DNA from: Octopus vulgaris
Lineage: Eukaryota
Direction of reading: 5' to 3'
Length of the DNA stretch: 64,000 nt
NCBI GenBank assembly: GCA_951406725.2
Contig: OX597815.1
Location: 172,918,001-172,982,000 of the forward strand
Part shown: positions 56,903-64,000 of the stretch, one piece after another
How the letters are laid out: every line of letters starts with the position of its first letter
How positions within the stretch are numbered: position 1 is the stretch's first letter
Made by a program: the position numbers and the translations under genes
Notes under the pieces: generated by a model
Told to the model about the DNA's origin: nothing
The model's input: only the letters and a program-made list of their open reading frames with translations
Databases searched by the model: none

Positions 56903-58924
56903 TATATGTGTGCTAGTGTGAGATTGGTGACAGGATAGCAGTTTCATTGCCTTGTAGGTGAGTTCAGTTGCTATAATGGCAGTATTAGTACCTGTTACTG
57001 TCAGCCACAGACCAAAAGTTGAGGGCTAAACCATGTTCTTGGTTTGGAAGCTAGGCTACAACTAACAGAGAAATGACATTTTATTATCTTTTTATATAAT
57101 TTAAGCCAACAGATAATATTGATAATATTGATTTCTTTGGCCTATTACTTAACAAATAAGTAAGGCTGAAAAAGATAGAGTTGGCACCTCTGATTGATTG
57201 AAAGAGGTCAAAATATGCAAAACAAAGCAACTGTCTTGTTCCTACACTAAAAAATTTGCAAATTTTAGAAATACAAGTTAGCAAAAAAGCCAAGATTTAT
57301 TATAGTGGTCAATGTACTTCAAATCATTCTGTGATGCATACACATCAAGCCTGAAGTATACACCCAAAGGAAAATCTTTTCTTTTCAAACTTTTAGGAAA
57401 AAAAAACAGCACTTGTTTAAGAGTCACTCCTTATCAACAACTGGCAACCATCACAAAATCTCTTGATGGCTCTGAACCTCCTTCAAAGGAAACTATTTGT
57501 TGCAAGATAAGGGAAATTCCTTGGATACAAATATGAAAATTAAAAACTTGATTTAGATATTACCTTTAAATTTCTATTTTTATTTTCGTTAAAAATTTCA
57601 GCAAGACATGATTGTGTAGTTAAGAAGCTCACTTTTCAACTATCTGGTTTCAGGTTCAATCCCACTATACAGTAACTTGGGCAAGTGTCTTCTACTATAG
57701 CTCTGAGCTGACCAATGCCTCTTGACAATCAGTATTCGTTTGTTTATGTCCCCTTGACTTAGTAGTTCAGTCAAGAGATTGACAGGATAAGTATGAGACA
57801 TAAAAATAAGTACTGGGGGTGATATGCTCAAGTAAAACCCTTCAAGGTGGTGCCCCTGCATGGCCACAGTCCAATGACTGAAACAAGTAAAAGATACGAG
57901 AGAAAAGAGAAAAATTCTCAAAAGCATGGAGAAAAGATTACAGAAATTAATCAGAAAGAAAAAAATAATCAACTTATAAAAACAGACTCTAACAATCAAA
58001 TTAACTTTTTTTCCATTCATATTTTCATTCTTGGAGAGACTAGAGAATTTTTAAAATTTGGATATTTGCATATAAATTGTATAAATTATAAGAAATAATT
58101 AAGCCATGATTATTTTCCTTTTTTATAATGTATAAATAAAAATGTTTATGGTGTATGAAATTAGTGCAAGTATTGTAGAGTTGGTGTAAATTCCTGACTA
58201 GTAGAGTCTGTAATTTAGCTTTGGTCCCCCATGGAAACACTTCACATTGAAATTTTTCCTAATCAACTTGGCCAGTCAAACTACATGAATTCAGAGCTTC
58301 CAGAAAGAACCCTCTTAAAGGTTATGAATGATTTGCATTTCATATAAATTTGTATCAAACAGGGAACAAATCTTTCATGCTTAATCTATTTCTTATTCAA
58401 AATCTCATAGAAATCATAAATCATCTTTATATTATTTGGTAATTTCAAGTAAGTAAAGCAAAAAATACTATTAATTGAAGAAAAATTGTAATGAAGCATT
58501 ATAAATAATACATTCTTTAAAAATAAGCTTTCAGTTTTTTATTGATGTTTTATAAAATGTCAAGTAGCAAGTCTCCTTGCAGATAAGGGCTTTTGTTGTA
58601 AATCATATAAATGAAAATTTTCAACTTCTTTTTCATTCAAAATATACTAGTTTGATTTTTGAATAATGTTTTTATAATAAAATAAATCTTGCTGAAATTC
58701 CAAATCAACTTCCCAAAATATTCAGTTACATTACATTATAAGCAAGTAATGTATTCTTCAAAAACAAACATTCAGTTTTCATTGTATTTGTTGGAAATAT
58801 AAATACTACAGAATATCTTTCAGTAATTTTGCCTTCAATCATGGTTTTGAGGTAGTAATGCAAAACAAAGGATAAAAATACAAAAGAATATGTATGTATG
58901 TATGCATGTATGTGTATATGTACG

Positions 58925-58971
<47 letters not shown>

Positions 58972-59365
58972 AGATATGTTTTAATTATAGTGTTTCTTAA
59001 TACATTTTAATATATGTATGTTAGTAACACATGGGTTCTAACTTATGAGTACATTTTATGACATATATATCTATTCTGTAACTAGTACATACATGATTCA
59101 TCTAGTTTTCCTATGTAGGTGGGATTTGTTTATTTGTTTTGGCTGTGTGTTATATATGTGGAGGTAAATTGGATTTATATATTGTTCTAAAAACTTGTTC
59201 AATTATCTATTGTTGAATAATTCTTTTCATTTTTTCTTTTTGAAGGGATTTTGCTACAAACATTAAATATTTATAAGGATATTCAAATTTCCTTAGACAC
59301 ATAAGATTTTGTTGGTGGTTTTACTTTATACTGATGACACAGAAGGAATATTTCTTATATTTATG

Positions 59366-59417
<52 letters not shown>

Positions 59418-59772
59418 TACATATATATTAATATTTATTTTACATATATTGGACATTAAATTATGATGATGATGATGATTGATGTACATTGATATGTGTA
59501 TGTGAGTGTTTGTGTACTAATATATATCAATATATATTAGTAATAGAAATATTAATATTTCTAAGTCTCTCTAAAGGAGACTATGGCAGCAGTACTGGAT
59601 ATTAATAGTTATCGCCAAGCTAATATGGCAGTCCAGAAATATAGGACGGATGCTGCCATTGATTAGCTCCAAGAGGCCATCGCCTCTAGCTAGCTATGTG
59701 ACACACACACACCTGTGTCCATTATAACCTTCGATCAGGGGAGGTCAGCTGCTTCCCCATGCTGGTCAGGCA

Positions 59773-59815
59773 TCTTCAGGCTAGTTTCAGGGTATTTGCC
59801 CCTTATCAATGCAGA
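59773..59815 (-). ncRNA. Degenerate minimal type I hammerhead ribozyme
   Basis: TCTGCA-TTGATAA-GGGGCAAATACCCT-GAAA-CTAG-CC-TGAAGA versus the ideal TCTGCA-CTGATGA-stem II-GAAA-CTAG-TC-TGCAGA. Stem III is palindromic. Confidence 0.55.
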
Positions 59816-60021
59816 GTAGCCGAACCCAACAAGCGTCGCTTTATCTTTATTATAGGCACAATGGCCCGAATGAAGAGGGGACATAACAATACAGGACATG
59901 GGGTACATATAATAAAAAAATACAAAAAGGATGGTATGACAATGAATTATTTGTAATGAATTAAATGGAATGTCTTACGAGCCCCCCAAAGCTCGCAGTT
60001 TCATTTACAATTACAATTGTG

Positions 60022-61071
60022 TTATTCAGGGCTCTCATCCGTAATGTACTCGAGTAACTTCTCCTGTTCTATAATACCTGGCAACCAGTCATACCGAATG
60101 CATTTCATTACGCATACAGCTGTAAACATATTTTTCAGTTTCATTACTGTCTCTCTTTCTACAATCGCCGCCTTCACTTGGTCATCAAATATCTTCGGGT
60201 TCAACTTCACTCTAATTAGACTTTTCATATTTGCCAACCTCTTCTCAATTTCCTTGTCCTTCTTGTACAATATTATAGCTTTAAGATTTCTTCCCTTTGG
60301 TCTTCCTCTTTCCTTACATATTTTCAGCTGTTCTTCCACTCTTCTATCCCATTCTTCCGTTACTTGACAATTTGAATCTTCACTCGCTTTCGTTTCTGTA
60401 GCTTTCTCTTCGTGCGTTCGATTCTCTATCTTGTCGGTAGACCTCTTTTTAGCTTTTTTCTTTTTTTGTGCTTTGGGTTGTGATTCCACCCGCGTTCTCT
60501 TTCTATCCTCTTTTTCTTCTGTTCTTTCCTTTTCTTTCTCCTTCACCAACTCGTCACCACTTTCCACATTATCTGTAGTCACGATTTCCTCTTCTACATT
60601 CGCCTTCTGTAACTCCTCTGTCAAAGCCTCCAGTGTTATCGTTTTCTCTTGTACTTCTCTTAGTGAACACATATCCTTCATGTGGCCTCTAATTTTACAT
60701 TTGTAACACACTGGGGGTCTCCCCTCCACCATGACTCTGAGACGTGTCTCGTCGGGAACCACCAACTCCTCTGGTATGTTATACAGGTCTGGCATGGTTA
60801 TGTGAACCAAAGCCTACACCGCATAACCCCACCACTTTACTTCTTTCGACTTTTCTACCTTCAATATGTCGACGCTCTCTTTGCAGTTGAATACTATTGT
60901 CGCTAAAATTCTTTCCATGTTCAGTTCTGGTGAAATTTTACTTATTCGTATTCTTACTGCCCTTTTTCCACAATAGCTAGGTAGTAACACCCATTTTTCA
61001 GTTTTCAATATTTTCGTGGCATTCCTCTTTGCTTCATCTTCGTTTTTAAAATGAACGATTACTCCAACAAT
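60022..61071 (-). pseudogene. L1/Tx1-type ORF1-like nucleic-acid chaperone (RRM-like + CCHC knuckle + charged tail) with one in-frame stop at 60814-60816
   Basis: ORFs 60814-61008 and 60022-60810 are in the same frame. VHFKNEDEAK...VRIRISKIS...IPEELVV...VEGRPPVCYKCKIRGHMKDMC matches the ORF1/ZCCHC3-like pattern G-x-P-x-x-C-x2-C-x3-GH-x4-C. Start codon not resolved. Confidence 0.7.
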
Positions 61072-61503
61072 TCACCTCGCCGTAACAGCTTCCACCAACG
61101 AATTCGAACTCACAACCGTAACACAAAATAACTGACACAAAAAACCAGCAGGCGTTGCTACTGACCATCTGTTCGAAGGATTATTTACCTAAATCCAGTG
61201 GAATACATCAACTAGTTTTCAAAAATAGAAATGTTAATATTTCTAAGTCTCTCTAAAGGAGACTACAGCAGTGTTACTGGATTTAATAGTTACCACCAAG
61301 CTAATATGGCAGTCCAGAAATATAGGACGAATGCTGCCATTGATTAACTCCAAGAGGCCATCTCCTCTAGCTATGTGACACACAAACCTTGGTCCATTAT
61401 AACCTTCGAACAGGAGAGGTCAGCCACTTCCCTTTGCTGGTCACATATTAGCTTGTGTTACATACCTAGCTAGAGGTGACGGCTTCTTAGAGCTAATTAA
61501 CAG

Positions 61504-61991
61504 CATGTGACGGAAGCTGTTTTCTGTGTATTTTCAGTGTTTATTGACCCTGAGCATTTGTCACATACAAAAACTATCTTCCCAGTTAGCCCTCCTTTGA
61601 TATTGTTGCACCTCTTATTTGTCCATAGCTTACACTGAGTACATCTTATGGGATTTCTACCTATGCCTTTTCTACAGATCAAGCAGGTCCATCTACCTGA
61701 ATGGATTTATGATTTGTCTGCCTTCCTACTTATTAAGACTTTGGTTTTTGCTAGATTGACTCTAAGGCCCTTGGATTCTAGACCTTCCTTCCACACCTGA
61801 AACTTCTCCTCTAGTTCTGATAGTAACTCAGCTATTAGAGCAAGGTCATTAGCATAGAGAAATTCCCAAGGGCATCCTGTCTTGAATTCCTCTGTTATTG
61901 CCTGGAAGACTATGATGAATAAAAGGGGCTGAGGACTGATCCTTGGTGGACCCCTACCCCAACCCAGAATTCTTCACTATACTTGTTTCCA

Positions 61992-61995
<4 letters not shown>
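61504..61995 (-). mobile_element. RTE LINE RT fragment with PHD-like finger
   Basis: [11 protein letters not shown] and LYANDL motifs, then CLICRKGIGRNPIRCTQCKLWTNKRC...CDKC. Confidence 0.8.
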
Positions 61996-62033
<38 letters not shown>

Positions 62034-62077
62034 TACATACATACATATATATATACACATATATACATATGTATATT

Positions 62078-62133
<56 letters not shown>

Positions 62134-62188
62134 AATATATATATGTATATATGTGTATATATATATATATATATGTATGTATGCATGA

Positions 62189-62244
<56 letters not shown>

Positions 62245-62359
62245 ATCAGCTGAAATTGCAAGGATGATCCGGTTCTTGACTGAAGATTGAAGGTTTTGAA
62301 TGACCCGTCCGTGTTTTTTGTATCGTCTTCTAAATGTTTTGCGTTCTTGCCCCAGTTTG

Positions 62360-62409
<50 letters not shown>

Positions 62410-62444
62410 GTGGCGTATGTACCCTCTCTCTCTTATATATATAA

Positions 62445-62955
62445 TAGAGGACCTGCCAAGCCAAGTGAAATCATAGCCATGGTAACCCAAGCTGGTGGCA
62501 TGTAAAGAACACCTATTGGCATTGGGCTTCATGGAGGCAAAGTAGCTGAGTTCTTTTCCAGTGTTGGGCCTCATGGAAGCAATGTTACTGAGTTCCTTTT
62601 GAGTGTTGGGCCTCAAGGAGGCAATGACCAAGACCTTTGGCATTATGTCATACTTGAGACGAAGACGCATCAAGTCGAGCAAAATTACAGTCATGGCAGA
62701 TACCAGTGTCATGCAAATGACACCCATGCCAGTGGTATGTAAAAGCACCCTGGGGTCACATAAATACCATCTATGCCAGTGGTATGTAAAAGCACCCATT
62801 ACATTCTCAGAGTGGTTGGCATTAGGAAGAGTATCCAGCCATAGAAAACGATGCCAAATTAGACTGGAGTCTGGTGCAGCCTTCCAGCATGCCAGCCCAG
62901 TCAAACTGACCAGCCCATGCCAGCATGGACAACAGACATTAAATGATGATGATGG

Positions 62956-62986
<31 letters not shown>

Positions 62987-63057
62987 GATGATGAAGATGA
63001 TGATGGTGACGACGACGATGACGACGATGACGATGACGACGACGACGACGATGATGA
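62445..63057 (+). mobile_element. RTE 3' UTR or RTE-derived SINE with ~41-bp internal tandem repeats and (GAT)n tail
   Basis: Units gggcctcatggaggcaa...gagtt at 62524-62625; shared tail ccatgccagcatggac...ttaaatgatgatg also seen at 1-52, 3265-3306 and 4083-4135. Confidence 0.7.
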
Positions 63058-63701
63058 TACAATTACACACACAGACACATGCACGCACATGCACACACAG
63101 AAACACACACAATCACATAGGTATATAGTCTGACTTATGTTCCAGTACATAACATTCTTGACCAGCTTGCATGAGTACATAATACACATAAATGATTGGC
63201 TTCATTTCACTATGGCAAGTCCTTGACGAACATGCTGTAAGTGAATTCAATTTTTCATTTCCCCTTGGAAACATATTCTCATATTGCTATTGCAAAAGTC
63301 ATGAACAACACAACCTTCTATTTCCTTTATTATACAATTGCTTTGAATATAATGGAGAACAGCTATAGTTATTTTATGCTTTGCTTGTCATTAGAATAGT
63401 ACAATTGCTTATGATTGCAATGTAGTATTTAATGCTATGCTATTATTTTTCTCCTTTTTCCACTGATATGTCTTAAGATCATATCAGCTGCAGTTTCTAG
63501 AGACAGACATCAACCTTAGTGACAGTACAAATAGCTGTGACAATAGACATACGCCTAGCTTAATGGTAGCTGCTTGTAGCTTTCTCTACTCTAATAAGAA
63601 TGTTACTAAACTCATGGTACTGTAAACAAAGTTGATTGCTATATATACATGCATACATACAGTATATATACATGTGTGTGTGTGTACATATGTAAATATT
63701 G

Positions 63702-63755
<54 letters not shown>

Positions 63756-64000
63756 TTAGATAGATATGCATATGTAATTGTATATAGGTGTGTATGTGTG
63801 TGTGTGTGTGTATGTATATACATACATATCTTCATCTTCATCATCATCATTATCAATATCATTTTTACATCCATTTTCCCATTATGTATTTACACACACA
63901 CATATGTACATATATGTATGTATGTATGTTTATATATATGCATGTAAGTATGTGTGTACATACATATGTATGTACATACACATGTACATACATATATTTA

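Larger units (their letters stand above)
59542..61503 (-). mobile_element. Non-autonomous Penelope-like element (pLTR direct repeats + hammerhead) carrying an ORF1-like gene
   Basis: Direct repeats at 59542-59768 and 61224-61443, an inverted partial repeat at 61451-61503, a degenerate hammerhead at 59773-59815, and an internal CCHC ORF. No RT or endonuclease. Confidence 0.72.

Noticed and set aside
59325-59370. CTGATGA motif at 59331
   Set aside because: No downstream stem II or GAAA before the (TA)n tract; at most a truncated relic.
59542-61443. Reading the direct repeats as true LTRs of a gag-only LTR retrotransposon
   Set aside because: No TG...CA termini, primer-binding site, polypurine tract or target duplication seen. 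The hammerhead and inverted partial copy fit a Penelope-type structure better.
62524-62625. ~41-bp repeated units that superficially resemble a CRISPR array (also 60-bp units at 42560-42670)
   Set aside because: Eukaryotic context, only 2-3 degenerate tandem units, no unique spacers and no cas genes.
62365-63189. 274-aa and 176-aa ORFs with poly-Ser or poly-Asp
   Set aside because: They span an RTE 3' UTR and its (GAT)n tail; no coding signature.

Overview
AT-rich, microsatellite-dense animal genomic DNA. The SINE/RTE/Penelope repertoire and the (TA)n load suggest a coleoid cephalopod such as Octopus (inference). The only host gene I can support is the 5' end of a voltage-gated calcium channel beta subunit (CACNB) on the minus strand: a conserved 84-nt exon at 22258-22341 and two candidate alternative first exons (29388-29447 and 22430-22450/22489). 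A probable divergent promoter lies near 30.7-30.9 kb. The rest is intronic or intergenic and full of mobile DNA: a nearly intact R4/Dong-type RLE retrotransposon in a (TAA)n tract (50.7-54.7 kb), RTE fragments, mariner/hAT/piggyBac/Helitron relics, tRNA-SINEs, and several Penelope-like remnants with minimal hammerhead ribozymes. The most interesting object is a ~2-kb element at 59542-61503. It has Penelope-type architecture (structured direct repeats, a hammerhead at the repeat boundary, an inverted partial repeat at the 5' end), but its only cargo is an L1/Tx1-type ORF1-like RRM + CCHC protein, with no RT or endonuclease. Two perfect long-range duplications of apparently unique sequence (185-bp inverted, 42-bp direct) are also present. 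All calls were made by eye; repeat boundaries are approximate.
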